Shown here: piece after piece, positions 9,218 through 20,576 of the stretch
How positions within the stretch are numbered: position 1 is the stretch's first letter
How the letters are laid out: each line of letters starts with the position of its first letter
Source of the DNA: an uncultured delta proteobacterium
GTDB lineage: Bacteria; Desulfobacterota; Desulfuromonadia; Desulfuromonadales; JACZKF01
Length of the DNA stretch: 64,000 bases
Reading direction: 5' to 3'
Assembly (NCBI GenBank): GCA_963816395.1
Contig: CAWFKQ010000009.1
Coordinates: 256,001 to 320,000, forward strand
Position numbers and translations under genes: made by a program
Notes under the pieces: model-generated
Database searches by the model: none
What the model was told of the DNA's origin: nothing
The model's input: only the letters and a program-made list of their open reading frames with translations

Positions 9218-11107
9218 CTAGCTCCGGCGAAGTTGCCGCAGCAACTGCCGCAGCAGTTGCCGCTCCCTCCGGGTCAGGCGCCGGTCGCGGAAAACGGCCC
9301 CGCCATAGACCTCGGCGAATTTCCGGCAGAGTGGATCGCCGAGCCTTTCGGCCAGTTCCAGCAGCCCTAGCGAAGCGGGTATGGACCCCAGCCGATGTTT
9401 TTTCCGCAGTCGGTGCAGAAAAAGGGTCAGGAGCCGCTCTTCCACCCGTCGCCGGCGCAGCAGGAGCAGGGCCGAAAACGCCAGCCCGGCAGCGGCCGGG
9501 AGCAGCAACCAGCCGTCCGCCGCCGGCCGCGGCAGGTGAAAGCCATGCACCTGACCGCCGAGCTGCTGCAATACCTGCACCTGCCGCCCCAGATCGTAGG
9601 TGATCACCATCCTGGTCCAGTAGTAGTCCAGGGCATCGAGCAATCGCTGCCCCGGCCCGGGGCCTTGCCGGGAAACCGAACCGGCGTTCTGCGCCAGCCG
9701 ACTCGGGTCGATACGCACCCAGCTCCGTCCATCCACCAGCGCCTCCACCCACACGTGGGCGGCGTCTTCGCTGACCAGGTAATATCCCCCCAGGGCATTA
9801 TAATCGCCGCCATGATAGCCCCCCACCAGCCGGCTCGGCACCCCGGACAACCGCAGCAGCAGGGCAAAGGAGGAGGCGAAGAATTCGCAGTAGCCCCGCT
9901 TGTTCTCGAACAGGAATTCTTCCACGGGCGCCTGCGGACCGGGCAGTTCGGTGGTGGCGTAAGAGAGCTGCTGGGCGAGGAAAAAATTCTCCAGCAGGGC
10001 TATCCGTTGGCCGTCGGTATTCCCTTCCGCAGCGATCCGCCGGGCAACCGCGAGCAGGCGGGGGGATACGGCGGCAGGTACCTGCAGATAGAAGGCCCGG
10101 TCTGTCCCGCCGACCACGTCCAGGCTGCTGCCGATAGCCGAGAGGGAATCGTATCTGAACAGCTGCCGGCGGTCCCGCCGGCTGGTGTAGACGAGGTCTG
10201 AGGCTTTATCGGCCCGGGTTCCTTCTAGGGCGAGGGGAGGATCGAGGGAGAACAGAAAGCGTTGCGTTCCCGGTTCCGGATAGAGCGTCTGCCGGATGCG
10301 CCGGCCGCCGCTGATCCGCACCGTTTCGGGCGGCGGCGGCCGCCGTACCCAGGCCGTCCCTTCCATGGCGTTGAGCACGGTTCCGCGCCAGTAAAGCTCC
10401 TCCGCCGGCAACTCCTCTCCCTCGGCGCGGAAGGCCACCGCTCTGGTCGCGGCCAGGCCGGCAAAGGCCCCCGGCTGCACCCGTTCGGCAAAGGCGGCGG
10501 TAGCCGTGGCGGGCGGGTTGAAAAAATTCCAGAGAGGATGACTGGTGCGGGGGAGGATCAGGAAGAAACCGAACATCAGGATCAGCGAGGCGAGCGGCAG
10601 CAGCAGGGCGGTCGAGAAGATCCGCCGCAGCTCTCCCCGGCCCAGGCGCAGCGTGGGGTCGGCGACATGGAAAGTCAGCAGCACCAGCCCGACGGTGACG
10701 CAGAGCACCAGCAGTATCAGGTAGACCAGAAAGCCGGCACTCAGGCTGAGCAGGGTGGAGGCGGCCAGGGCGAAGACGGCGAGGACGAAGATCTGCAGAT
10801 AGTTGCGCCCGGTCTTCTCGGTAACCAGCCGCATTGCCAGCAGCAGGACCAGGATATGCACCACCGGCTGCACCGGCTGCTGGCGGCTGATATTGAGCGC
10901 ATAGACCGTGAACATCAGGCAGGAGAGGACTGCGGCTGGAAGCTGTCGCAGGGGATAGTGTTCCCGGCGATCGCAGAGCATGCCGAACAGCAGGGCCGCC
11001 GGCCAGAATGCCTGCACCGGCCGGTCCAGACCGGAGTAGAGCGGCGCCACACCGAGCAGGCCGGCGGCATAGGCCAACAGGTTGAGCAGGGTCCTAAGTC
11101 TGATCAT
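9218..11107 (-). CDS. Membrane transglutaminase-like protein (TgpA/DUF3488)
   Basis: Multiple TM segments, GYCEFFASS catalytic Cys, AHVWVE. Confidence 0.9.
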   Translation of the reverse strand: MIRLRTLLNLLAYAAGLLGVAPLYSGLDRPVQAFWPAALLFGMLCDRREHYPLRQLPAAVLSCLMFTVYALNISRQQPVQPVVHILVLLLAMRLVTEKTGRNYLQIFVLAVFALAASTLLSLSAGFLVYLILLVLCVTVGLVLLTFHVADPTLRLGRGELRRIFSTALLLPLASLILMFGFFLILPRTSHPLWNFFNPPATATAAFAERVQPGAFAGLAATRAVAFRAEGEELPAEELYWRGTVLNAMEGTAWVRRPPPPETVRISGGRRIRQTLYPEPGTQRFLFSLDPPLALEGTRADKASDLVYTSRRDRRQLFRYDSLSAIGSSLDVVGGTDRAFYLQVPAAVSPRLLAVARRIAAEGNTDGQRIALLENFFLAQQLSYATTELPGPQAPVEEFLFENKRGYCEFFASSFALLLRLSGVPSRLVGGYHGGDYNALGGYYLVSEDAAHVWVEALVDGRSWVRIDPSRLAQNAGSVSRQGPGPGQRLLDALDYYWTRMVITYDLGRQVQVLQQLGGQVHGFHLPRPAADGWLLLPAAAGLAFSALLLLRRRRVEERLLTLFLHRLRKKHRLGSIPASLGLLELAERLGDPLCRKFAEVYGGAVFRDRRLTRRERQLLRQLLRQLRRS

Positions 11108-11956
11108 AATGGGCCAGCTCCGTCAGCAGTCGGAGCTTATGGGCACGGGAGAGGGCCGGCGGAATCATCCGCCCGACCATTTTCAGCCCCGCCGGCCGGC
11201 CCTCCCGCAGATAAAGATTGACCAGGTAGGAGCCGCAGCGCAGGCGCTCCTCCAGATCGCTGCCGGGCAGTCGGGCCGGATCGATGATCACCGGTTCCCG
11301 GAGGGCGGCGGAGAGCTCCCGCACCTTGAGTTCGATCCTGCCGGGCCGAGAGTTTCCAGTGGATCAGCTTCAGCGGCTCCCCCCGGTAATCGCGGATGCG
11401 GCTGAGATCCCCTTCATGGCCGCCGGTGATGGCCAGCGGTCTCCTCTGACTTGCCGCCGCCGCCGTCGGTCATGGCCGGACACCGGCGGGGCGCGGGGAA
11501 TACCGTGACCGGCTGATCGGCAGCCGTGCCGGTCCGGCGCACGAAGAAATTGATAGGGAAGGCCGAGCTGATCTGCAGACCGTGCAGAGGCCGGGTGCCC
11601 CGGCCGAAGAAGGTCAACGGCACCACCGCCGCCGCCGAGCTGCGCCTCCCGAGTGCGGTGAACAGCACGCTGCCGCCCGGCAGCGCCACCCGGATGAGAA
11701 AGGCGCCGAAGAACCGCTTGTGATTTTCCAGGCGGATGGTGACCGGGGCCGGAAGACCGTCGTAGACCTCCTCCGGGATTCTGACCGCAACCTCCAGGCG
11801 GGCGATGTTGCCGCGCCCCAGGACCCCGGAGACGGCCATGAATCCCAGCAGCGCCGAAACCAGCAGGTAAAGCAGGTTATTGCCGGTATTGACGGCGGCG
11901 AAGCCGAGGAGCAGGGTGATCAGGATATAGAGGGCGCCGGCCCGGGTCAGGGTCAG
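11094..11956 (-). CDS. DUF58 protein (frameshifted ~11340-11440, probably sequencing error)
   Basis: N-terminal GFAAVNTGNNLLYL, then RDYRGEPLKLIHWKLSAR in another frame and C-terminus in ORF 11094..11324; typical MoxR-DUF58-transglutaminase triad; start approximate. Confidence 0.82.
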
Positions 11957-12894
11957 ACCAGTGGCACCGGCAGTTCTTCGAGCAGCGATCTGAGTACCTC
12001 CTCCTTGCCGGCCGCTCCGTTTTCCGCCCGCAGGATCAGGCGGTGGGCGCCGACGGCCACGGCCACCGATTTGACGTCCTCCGGCAGGACGTAATCCCGT
12101 CCATCCAGGTAAGCGGCGGCCCGCGCCGTGTCCGCCAGACTGATGCCGCCGCGGGTGGAGAGGCCGGAAAGGACGAGCGCATGGCTGCGGGTGGCGGCCA
12201 CCAGGCGGTAAATATAATCGACCACCTTCTCCGACAGGTAGACCTGTTCGCGGATCCCCTGCCGGGCGGCCTGGATATCCTCCAGCGTCAGGAGGGGAGG
12301 GATGTGGCGGACTTCCTCGCGGATGCTTCCCCCCTTGATGATGGTTTTCTCGATATCCGCCGGCGGATATCCCACACCGGTGGTGATGAGGAAGCGGTCG
12401 AGCTGCGATTCGGGAAGGGGAAAGGTACCGATTTGTTCTACCGGATTCTGCGTGGCGATGACCAGGAACGGATCGGGGAGAGGGTAGGTGGTGCCTTCGA
12501 CGGTCACCCGCCGTTCCTCCATCGCCTCGAGCATGGCGCTCTGGGTTTTGGGCATGGCCCGGTTGATCTCGTCGGCCAGGACGATGTTGTTGAAGATCGG
12601 CCCGGGAATGAAACGGAAGCGGCTGTCGTTGCGGTCGAAGATAGACAGACCGGTGATGTCGGAAGGCAGCAGGTCGCTGGTGCACTGGATGCGCCCGAAG
12701 GAGAGGCCGAGGGCACGGGCCAGGGCGAGCGCCAGGGTGGTCTTGCCCAGGCCGGGGATATCCTCCAGCAGCAGATGGCCGCCGGCGAGCAGAGTAATCA
12801 TCGCCAGGCGAATGGCGCGAACCTTCCCCTGCAGGTAATGTTCGGTCAGGGTATCGATGACATGGAGGATTTCGCTTCGCTTGCGCAGGTTCAT
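11953..12894 (-). CDS. MoxR family AAA+ ATPase
   Basis: LLEDIPGLGKT, LADEINRA.PKTQSAMLEAMEE, ATQNP. Confidence 0.95.
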   Translation of the reverse strand: MNLRKRSEILHVIDTLTEHYLQGKVRAIRLAMITLLAGGHLLLEDIPGLGKTTLALALARALGLSFGRIQCTSDLLPSDITGLSIFDRNDSRFRFIPGPIFNNIVLADEINRAMPKTQSAMLEAMEERRVTVEGTTYPLPDPFLVIATQNPVEQIGTFPLPESQLDRFLITTGVGYPPADIEKTIIKGGSIREEVRHIPPLLTLEDIQAARQGIREQVYLSEKVVDYIYRLVAATRSHALVLSGLSTRGGISLADTARAAAYLDGRDYVLPEDVKSVAVAVGAHRLILRAENGAAGKEEVLRSLLEELPVPLV

Positions 12895-12934
12895 GGCTTC
12901 GGCTCCGCCGAGCAGACAGCCGATTTTCAGCCGC

Positions 12935-13339
12935 TTAGGCCGGGGATTTTTCTTCCTGGTGCATGATCACCAGATAGCCGTCAGGATCGTGCAGCCACAC
13001 CTCGCGGCGGCCGAACTCCTCATCCTCCAGCTCGTACAGGGTATGCAGCTGCCGGCGGTCGATAGCCCGCAGGACAGGTCGGAGATCGTGGACGGCGAAT
13101 TCCAGGGTGACTCCGACCCCCCTGGGGTGACGGTCCAGATTCTGGAAGAGAGCCGGATGCAGGGCCTCCAGAACGACCGATTCGCGGAACAGGATGATGC
13201 TGTCGCCGCCGCTGAGCAGCAGGACCGGCGGCCGGCCGGGGAGAGGATGGAGCGCCTCGGGTTTCAGCCCCAGTACCTCCCGGTAGAAAGCGGCTGTTCG
13301 GTCCAGGTCGCGAACGGCCAGCGTGAGAGTAAAATTCAT
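12935..13339 (-). CDS. VOC/glyoxalase family protein
   Basis: LAVRDLDRTAAFYREVLG ... DPDGY. Confidence 0.88.
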   Translation of the reverse strand: MNFTLTLAVRDLDRTAAFYREVLGLKPEALHPLPGRPPVLLLSGGDSIILFRESVVLEALHPALFQNLDRHPRGVGVTLEFAVHDLRPVLRAIDRRQLHTLYELEDEEFGRREVWLHDPDGYLVIMHQEEKSPA

Positions 13340-13472
13340 GAGGGAATTTCTCCTCCAGGGGATCAGTGGCCGCCAGACCGCGGGGGTGGGGAAGTTGACT
13401 CGCCGCGAAGAGCTGTGGTTTAATGGCTCCGGTTTCGCAGCGCGGCAATCCTGCGGGCAGCGGGCATCAGTC

Positions 13473-13970
13473 ATGGTGACGGCATTTCTGGCTTTCGGCT
13501 CCAACCTCGGAAATCGACTGGCGATCTTTCAGGGTGCCCGCGCGGTGTTGCGCCGGACGGCCGGCCTGCGGATCACGGCCATTTCCCCCCTCTACGAGAC
13601 CACTCCAGTCGGCGGTCCGCCGGGACAGGGAGATTACCTCAATGCGGTGCTGCGGATCGCGACCGCTCAGCCTGCCCGCGACCTGCTGCGTTTGTGCCTG
13701 GCGGTTGAAGGGCAATTCGGCCGGGAACGGAAGGAGACCTGGGGGGCGCGCACTCTTGATATCGACCTGCTGCTCTACGGCGACGAAATTCACCGCGAGA
13801 CCGATCTGATGATTCCTCACCCGCAAATGCATCTGCGCCCCTTTGTCCTCCTGCCGCTGATGGCGCTGGCCCCGGACCTGCTGCATCCCCAACTGGAACA
13901 GACCCCCCGGCAGCTGCTGGCCCGCTTCCCCACTACCCAGGGGGTGCGCCGCCTGGCCGAAAAATGGTGA
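13473..13970 (+). CDS. folK: 2-amino-4-hydroxy-6-hydroxymethyldihydropteridine diphosphokinase
   Basis: GSNLGNR, YLNAV, WGARTLDIDLL, IPHP. Confidence 0.97.
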   Translation: MVTAFLAFGSNLGNRLAIFQGARAVLRRTAGLRITAISPLYETTPVGGPPGQGDYLNAVLRIATAQPARDLLRLCLAVEGQFGRERKETWGARTLDIDLLLYGDEIHRETDLMIPHPQMHLRPFVLLPLMALAPDLLHPQLEQTPRQLLARFPTTQGVRRLAEKW

Positions 13971-13974
13971 GCCG

Positions 13975-14229
13975 ATGATCCGCCTGCTGCTTCTGGCCAT
14001 CCTTTTCTTTCTGGCCTATACCGTCTACACGGCCCTGATCCGGACTCTGCCGCGGGGGCGCGACGCCTCCCTGCCGCGGGAAAAAACCCGGCGCGGGGAG
14101 GATATGGTGCAGGATCCCCGCTGCGGCACCTACATCCCCCGCAGTGGCGCGGTGGAAAAGACGGTCAAAGGGAAGCGGTATTTTTTTTGCTCGGAAGAAT
14201 GCCGGGACATCTTTTTCACTGGGGACTAA
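13975..14229 (+). CDS. Small membrane-anchored YHS/TRASH-like (PP0621-type) protein
   Basis: N-terminal TM helix, MVQDPRCGTYIP ... YFFCSEECR. Confidence 0.8.
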   Translation: MIRLLLLAILFFLAYTVYTALIRTLPRGRDASLPREKTRRGEDMVQDPRCGTYIPRSGAVEKTVKGKRYFFCSEECRDIFFTGD

Positions 14230-14372
14230 GCCGCCGCTGTCGGCATTTTTCCCGAGGGCAATGGTCTCTTCAGCCAATACCTGAAAGCATATCACGCAAG
14301 CCCCGTGAGGGCCGGATTTTTTCTCACACGAAAAGTCTTTCACGCCTCCATCCATAGCATAGAGGAGCCATT

Positions 14373-15020
14373 ATGAAATTTTTCATCGACAGTGCCGATG
14401 TTGCCGAAATCCGGGCCGCCCACGGTCTGGGGCTGGTCGACGGGGTTACCACCAACCCCTCCCTGGTCGCCAAGAGCGGCCGGGACTTCCGGGAAGTCAT
14501 CACCGAGATCGCCTCTTTTGTCGATGGTCCCATCTCCGCCGAGGTGATCGCCACGGATGCCGCCGGCATGGTACGCGAGGGGCAGGAGCTGGTCAAGATC
14601 AACCCCAAGAACGTCGTGATCAAGGTTCCCATGACGGCGGATGGATTGAAGGCGGCACACATCTTCAACACCGAGGGGATCAAAACCAATGTCACCCTGG
14701 TTTTTTCCCCCCTGCAGGCGCTGCTGGCGGCTAAGGCGGGGGCGACTTACGTCTCTCCCTTCATCGGCCGCCTCGACGATGTCGGGCACGACGGGATGGA
14801 GGGGATCGAACAGATCCGCACCATTTTCGATAACTACGGTTACCAGACGGAAATCATCGTCGCCTCGGTGCGCTCCCCCCTGCACGTTCTCCGGGCCGCC
14901 CTGATCGGCGCCGATATCTGCACTATCCCCCATACCGTCATTATGCAACTGGCCAAACACCCGCTGACCGATGTGGGGATCGAGAAATTTCTCTCTGACT
15001 GGAAAAAAGGGCAGAAATAA
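14373..15020 (+). CDS. fsa: Fructose-6-phosphate aldolase / short transaldolase
   Basis: [29 protein letters not shown]. Confidence 0.93.
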   Translation: MKFFIDSADVAEIRAAHGLGLVDGVTTNPSLVAKSGRDFREVITEIASFVDGPISAEVIATDAAGMVREGQELVKINPKNVVIKVPMTADGLKAAHIFNTEGIKTNVTLVFSPLQALLAAKAGATYVSPFIGRLDDVGHDGMEGIEQIRTIFDNYGYQTEIIVASVRSPLHVLRAALIGADICTIPHTVIMQLAKHPLTDVGIEKFLSDWKKGQK

Positions 15021-15302
15021 GGGTCCTCCCATTCTCCTGTTCCCCTCCCGCCAAGCCGGCCTGCCTGCCTCCTCTGCCCGAGAGGGGGCCGGGCAGGCCG
15101 GTTTTTCTCTTGCCTGTGATTTCCGTGATTCGGTGGTAAATTTGTATTGTTTTAGGGCATTGGTCACCGTGAAGGATGGAGGGATTAACCATAGGCTATG
15201 AATTTCTCTTCATAACGGCTGTGCCGCCGCTGGCCTGGCGACCTATTCCGTTTACGGCTGAAGGCACTGTGGTCGGCACCGTTTCCCACCGATGAGGCGA
15301 GA

Positions 15303-16466
15303 ATGAACATTCACGAATACCAGGCCAAAGAGATTCTCCGAAAGTTCGGCGTGGCCGTCCCCGACGGGCATGTCTGCTACAACAGTGCCAGTGCCCGCGA
15401 TTGGGCCAAGCGCATCGGCGAGGGTCCCTGGGTGGTAAAGGCGCAGATCCATGCCGGTGGGCGCGGCAAGGGCGGGGGTGTCAAGCTGGCCCGCACCCCG
15501 GACGAGGTCCGGGATATCGCCCGGGAGATGATCGGCATGACCCTGGTCACCCACCAGACCGGTCCCGCCGGGAAACTGGTCAAGCGGGTTCTGGTGGAAA
15601 AAGCCTGTAATATCGCCCGGGAGCTTTATGTCAGCCTGCTGGTCGACCGTTCCACTTCCAAGGTGACCCTGATGGCCTCGACCGAAGGGGGAATGGACAT
15701 CGAGGAGGTGGCGGCCAGAACACCGGAGAAGATCCTCAAGGAACCGATCGACCCGCTGGTTGGTCTCGCTCCTTTCCAGTGCCGCAAGGTCGCTTTCGCT
15801 CTCGGCATGGTCGGAAAGCAGGTTGGCCTGGCGGTCAAACTGCTGGGTGGACTCTACGAGGCATTCGTCAATGCCGACTGTTCCCTGCTCGAAGTCAACC
15901 CGCTGGTGGTGACTGGCGAAGGGGAACTGCTGGCCCTGGATGCCAAGTTCAATTTCGATGACAACGCGCTGTTCCGGCACCGGCTGATCCGCGACATGCG
16001 CGATTATGACGAGGAGGACCACTTCGAAATCGAGGCCTCCCAGTACGACCTGTCCTATATCGCCCTCGACGGCAATATCGGCTGCCTGGTGAACGGCGCC
16101 GGCCTGGCCATGGCGACCATGGATATCATCAAGCATTACGGGGGCGAGCCGGCCAATTTCCTCGATGTCGGCGGCGGCGCTACCATCGAGCGGGTCACCG
16201 AGGCATTTAAAATCATCCTCTCCGATGCCAAGGTCAAGGGGATTCTGGTCAATATCTTCGGCGGCATCATGCGGTGCGACGTCATTGCCACCGGCGTAAT
16301 CGAAGCGGCCAAGCAGGTCGGCATTCAAGTGCCGCTGGTGGTGCGGCTGGAAGGGACTAACGTCGAGAAGGGAAAACAGATGCTGGCCGAAAGCGGACTT
16401 AACATCGTCACTGCCGATGGCATGGCCGATGCCGCGGAGAAGATCGTCAAGGCGGTCGCCGCCTGA
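15303..16466 (+). CDS. sucC: Succinyl-CoA synthetase beta subunit
   Basis: [35 protein letters not shown]. Confidence 0.98.
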   Translation: MNIHEYQAKEILRKFGVAVPDGHVCYNSASARDWAKRIGEGPWVVKAQIHAGGRGKGGGVKLARTPDEVRDIAREMIGMTLVTHQTGPAGKLVKRVLVEKACNIARELYVSLLVDRSTSKVTLMASTEGGMDIEEVAARTPEKILKEPIDPLVGLAPFQCRKVAFALGMVGKQVGLAVKLLGGLYEAFVNADCSLLEVNPLVVTGEGELLALDAKFNFDDNALFRHRLIRDMRDYDEEDHFEIEASQYDLSYIALDGNIGCLVNGAGLAMATMDIIKHYGGEPANFLDVGGGATIERVTEAFKIILSDAKVKGILVNIFGGIMRCDVIATGVIEAAKQVGIQVPLVVRLEGTNVEKGKQMLAESGLNIVTADGMADAAEKIVKAVAA

Positions 16467-16471
16467 AAGGC

Positions 16472-16543
16472 CGGCTAACGGCGCGGCTAGCGGCACGCGG
16501 TGAAACCCAAGGCCGCTCGCCGTTAGCCTCGAGCCGCTAGCCG
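16472..16543. repeat. Inverted heptanucleotide tandem repeat between sucC and sucD
   Basis: CGGCTAA/CGGCTAG/CGGCACG facing CCGCTCG CCGTTAG CCTCGAG CCGCTAG. Confidence 0.7.
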
Positions 16544-16569
16544 ATTTCGTTTATCACAGGAGACCCCCT

Positions 16570-17443
16570 ATGAGCATCCTTGTCGATAAGAATACGAAAG
16601 TGATAACGCAAGGGATTACCGGGGCCACCGGCCTCTTCCATGCGCAGGCGGCGCGCGAGTACGGCACGCAGATGGTCGGCGGCGTCACCCCTGGCAAGGG
16701 GGGGATGGTGATCGATGATTTCCCTGTCTTCAATACAGTGGCCGAGGCGGTGCGGGAAACCGGGGCCAACGCCTCGGTCATCTACGTGCCACCCAACCAT
16801 GCCGCCGATGCCATCATGGAGGCGGTCGATGCCGAACTCGACCTGGTCTGCTGCATCACCGAAGGGATCCCGGTGCTGGACATGGTCCGGGTCAAGCATT
16901 ATATGCTCGGCCGCAAGGCGCGGCTGGTCGGTCCCAACTGTCCCGGGGTCATCACTCCCGGCGAGTGCAAGATCGGCATCATGCCAGGCTATATTCACAA
17001 ACCCGGCCCGGTCGGCATCGTCTCCCGCTCCGGTACCCTGACCTACGAGGCGGTATGGCAGCTGACCACCCAGGGGATGGGCCAATCCACCTGTGTGGGG
17101 ATCGGCGGCGACCCGGTGAACGGCACCAATTTTGTCGATGTGCTCAGAATGTTTCAGGAAGATCCCGCAACCGAGGCGGTGATCATGATCGGAGAAATCG
17201 GCGGCACCGCCGAAGAGGAGGCCGCCCGCTTCGTCTGCGACTACATGGACAAGCCGGTGGCCGCCTTCATCGCCGGACGCACCGCGCCTCCCGGCAAGCG
17301 CATGGGACACGCTGGCGCCATTATTTCCGGTGGCCAGGGGACGGCCGAGGAGAAGATCGCCACAGTTGACGGAGTGTGGCATCAGTATCGCCCAGACACC
17401 GGCGGAAATGGCTCAGGCGCTGCTCAGAATCTACCAAGCATAA
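16570..17443 (+). CDS. sucD: Succinyl-CoA synthetase alpha subunit (+1 frameshift ~17365)
   Basis: [27 protein letters not shown]; removing one base restores [30 protein letters not shown]. Confidence 0.95.
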
Positions 17444-17521
17444 CTGCGAATCGTCTTCGGCTTCGCGGGCGTCGGGAGGGTCTCCTCCCGACGCCCTTTC
17501 CGTTGGTGCGGCAGCGAAACC

Positions 17522-17815
17522 TCAGATTCGGGCGGCACGCACACGGGACGGAAGATTGCCCCTTCCCGTTTGCCGGGCTTTGAGGGCCGCCATGCACATC
17601 GCCTCCGGCGTCGAACGGCCGTGGCCGCTGGCCAGCAGATTTCCCGAGTTCGGATCGACGAGAAGAAATTCGTGCTCCCCTTCCGGGTTCAAGCCGAGAT
17701 ACCGGCAGGCGGCGCCGACCCGGGCGAGAACTTTCCAGGCAGCCGAGATGTTTCGGGTGGGATCCAGGGGATCATTGCCGTCCCACAGTTTTTCCGCAAC
17801 CAGCCGCACTCTCAT
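17522..17815 (-). CDS. Small hypothetical protein resembling the phage ABA-sandwich domain
   Basis: [13 protein letters not shown] ... [11 protein letters not shown] pattern; AGGAG RBS; TTGTCA-16-TAACAT promoter-like sequence upstream (~17929-17956). Confidence 0.55.
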   Translation of the reverse strand: MRVRLVAEKLWDGNDPLDPTRNISAAWKVLARVGAACRYLGLNPEGEHEFLLVDPNSGNLLASGHGRSTPEAMCMAALKARQTGRGNLPSRVRAARI

Positions 17816-18264
17816 GACCAGCTCCTTTGGTAAAATATACCAGAAATAGTTTTGACGAGGCCAGAAAACACGGACGAACACCCCTTGCCTCGACAGCTAA
17901 AAGGTAAATAATCCTATTTATGGTTGGAATGTTAGCAGATTTTTTTCTTTTGACAAGGGCTTTTCTGCTCTAGCCTCGTCCTCCGGACATAAATTCAAAC
18001 TATCCGCACAGGCGGTATTTTTTGATCTTGCGGTGCAGGGTGCCGATCGGCGGGAAAAAACCGCTGCGCCAGATCTGCTTTATTCTGCTACGAAGCGGGG
18101 CTCTCCGGGGGGATCTCCCTCACAGAATCGCCGCCGGCGGCCGAGCAAAAATGCTTCTGACCGGGGCAGCTCCCGGTTGACTTGCGGGGCTTAGACTCTA
18201 TATAGTTACTGAATAACTTGGGCGGGGCCGGCCTGTTGTCCGCCCCAAGGAGGAGCTGAATTCG

Positions 18265-18783
18265 ATGGCCATTCTGCGCATCCGGCATTATCCCGAACCG
18301 GTGCTCAAACAGATATCCGCGCCGGTGACGGTTTTCGATACTGAACTGAAGACTCTCGCCCGGGATATGGCGGAAACGATGTACGCCGCCCCCGGGGTTG
18401 GCCTGGCCGCACCACAGGTAGGGGTGTTGAAGCGTCTGGTGGTGATCGACTGTGCCCCCAAGGATTCCCCTCCCGAACTCCTGACCCTGGTCAACCCGGA
18501 GATCCGCGAGCGGGAAGGGGAAGCCTACGAGGAGGAAGGTTGCCTCTCGGTCCCCGGCTATTACGCCCCGGTGCAGCGCAGTGCCCGGGTCAAGGTGGTC
18601 TATTGCGATCTGGACGGGAAGCCGGTCGAGCGGGAGGCCGATGGCCTGCTGGCCATCGCTTTCCAGCATGAGATCGATCACCTCGACGGCATCCTCTTCG
18701 TCGACCACCTCTCGCCCCTGAAGAAGGGGCTCTTCCGCAAGAAATTCAAGAAGATCCAGGAACAGCAGCAGGAGCAGCTATGA
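18265..18783 (+). CDS. def: Peptide deformylase
   Basis: GVGLAAPQVG, EGCLS, QHEIDHLDG. Confidence 0.98.
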   Translation: MAILRIRHYPEPVLKQISAPVTVFDTELKTLARDMAETMYAAPGVGLAAPQVGVLKRLVVIDCAPKDSPPELLTLVNPEIREREGEAYEEEGCLSVPGYYAPVQRSARVKVVYCDLDGKPVEREADGLLAIAFQHEIDHLDGILFVDHLSPLKKGLFRKKFKKIQEQQQEQL

Positions 18784-19724
18784 TCAACCCGCACAACCTG
18801 CGGACGGTCTTCATGGGGACCCCGGAATTCGCCATCCCCACTCTGGAGGGGTTGATCGAATCCGGGGTACGCCTGGTGGCTGTCTTCACCCAGCCCGACC
18901 GACCGAAGGGAAGGGGAAATCTGCTCGCCGCGCCACCGGTGAAAGAGCTGGCGCAGCGCCGCGGCATCCCCGTGCACCAGCCGCTACGGCTGCGGGAGCC
19001 GGCGGTGGTGGAAGAGTTGAAACGGCTGGCTCCCGAGTTGATCGTGGTGGTCGCCTTCGGCCAGATTCTGCCGAAAAGCGTGCTGGAAATTCCCCGCTTC
19101 GGCTGCATCAACGTCCATGCTTCCCTGCTGCCCCGCTTCCGCGGAGCCTCCCCCATCAACAAGGCGATCATGGAAGGGGAGGCGGTCACCGGAGTCACCA
19201 CCATGCTGATGGATGTGGGGCTCGATACCGGTCCTATGCTGGTCAAGAAATCGATTCCCATCGGTCCCGATGAGACCGCCGGCGAGCTGCACGACCGCCT
19301 GGCACTGCTCGGCCGGGAAGCGATGGTGGAGACTCTCGGCCGTCTCTGCGCCGGGACCCTGCGGCCGGAGGTGCAGGAGGATGCCCATAGCAGCTACGCG
19401 CCGATGCTGCAGAAGGATGACGGCCGGATCGACTGGCGCCGGCCGGCGGCGGTGATCCACAATCAGGTGCGCGGACTCGATCCCTGGCCGGGCGCCTTTA
19501 CCTTCCTGGATGGGGAGCTGCTGAAAATCGCCCGCACCGCCGCCGAACCGGGTCACGGCGAGCCGGGTACGGTGCTCTCCGCCGGCACTGATGGCCTGCG
19601 GATCGCCTGCGGCGAGGGGGTGCTGCGCGTCGGTGAGCTGCAGCTGCCGGGGAAGAAACGTCTTCCCTCCCCCGAGTTCCTGCGCGGCCGCCCCATCCCG
19701 CCCGGCACCCGCCTGGAGTCCTGA
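18780..19724 (+). CDS. fmt: Methionyl-tRNA formyltransferase
   Basis: FMGTPEFA, TQPDRPKGRG, NVHASLLP. Confidence 0.98.
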   Translation: MINPHNLRTVFMGTPEFAIPTLEGLIESGVRLVAVFTQPDRPKGRGNLLAAPPVKELAQRRGIPVHQPLRLREPAVVEELKRLAPELIVVVAFGQILPKSVLEIPRFGCINVHASLLPRFRGASPINKAIMEGEAVTGVTTMLMDVGLDTGPMLVKKSIPIGPDETAGELHDRLALLGREAMVETLGRLCAGTLRPEVQEDAHSSYAPMLQKDDGRIDWRRPAAVIHNQVRGLDPWPGAFTFLDGELLKIARTAAEPGHGEPGTVLSAGTDGLRIACGEGVLRVGELQLPGKKRLPSPEFLRGRPIPPGTRLES

Positions 19725-20501
19725 GTGAGCACTGCTGAAACCCCGGAATCTTTCCAGCCGCGCAAGCGGCTCTTCATCGGCCTGCTCACCGTCGCCTGCA
19801 CCTGCGTTCTCGGCCTGGCTTTTTTCCTGTGGTGGATACCAAGTGTCGGTCTGGTCCATATCCATCCGCTGCTGCCGTTACTTTTCGGACTGGTGCTGGG
19901 CGGCATCTCCCTGCTCATCGTCGGCGGCCTGACCCTGCTGATTTTCACCCTTCTCTCGGGTAAAGATCTTTTCTTCTCGCAGCGCTTGCGGGGGGTCGTC
20001 ATCCGTTACCTCTTCCCCGGCATCATCAGCCTGGGGCGGCTGGCAGGGATCGACCGCGATACCCTGCAGCAGTCTTTCATTGCCCTGAACAATCAGCTGG
20101 TGCGGGCCAAAAAGCTGCGGGTGACGCCGGATCGAGCGCTGATCCTGCTGCCGCACTGCATCCAGCTCTTCGACTGCCCGATCAAGATCACCGGCGATGT
20201 GAATAAATGCATCCGCTGCGGCAAGTGCGACATCAAGGATCTGGCGGAGCTCGCCAGGGACCGGCATATCGATATCGCCGTCGCCACCGGCGGCACCCTG
20301 GCGCGCAAGATCATCGTCGAGAAGCGGCCCCGCTTCATTCTCGCCGTCGCCTGCGAAAGGGACCTCACCTCGGGAATTCGCGATGCCTATCCTCTGCCGG
20401 TAATCGGCGTTCTCAACCGTCGGCCGCACGGTCCCTGCTTCAATACCAACGTCGTTCTCACCGAGGTGCTCCGCGCCTTGGACGAACATGTCATTTCCTG
20501 A
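19725..20501 (+). CDS. DUF116 membrane protein
   Basis: LLPHCIQ, CIRCGKC, VATGGTLAR, AVACERDL. Confidence 0.88.
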   Translation: MSTAETPESFQPRKRLFIGLLTVACTCVLGLAFFLWWIPSVGLVHIHPLLPLLFGLVLGGISLLIVGGLTLLIFTLLSGKDLFFSQRLRGVVIRYLFPGIISLGRLAGIDRDTLQQSFIALNNQLVRAKKLRVTPDRALILLPHCIQLFDCPIKITGDVNKCIRCGKCDIKDLAELARDRHIDIAVATGGTLARKIIVEKRPRFILAVACERDLTSGIRDAYPLPVIGVLNRRPHGPCFNTNVVLTEVLRALDEHVIS

Positions 20502-20576
20502 TGCCCTTGCTTTTCCTTCTGCCGCTATTTATATTTTAAGAAGCGAAAACAGCGGAAGAAAGAGGTCAGAGAGAAT

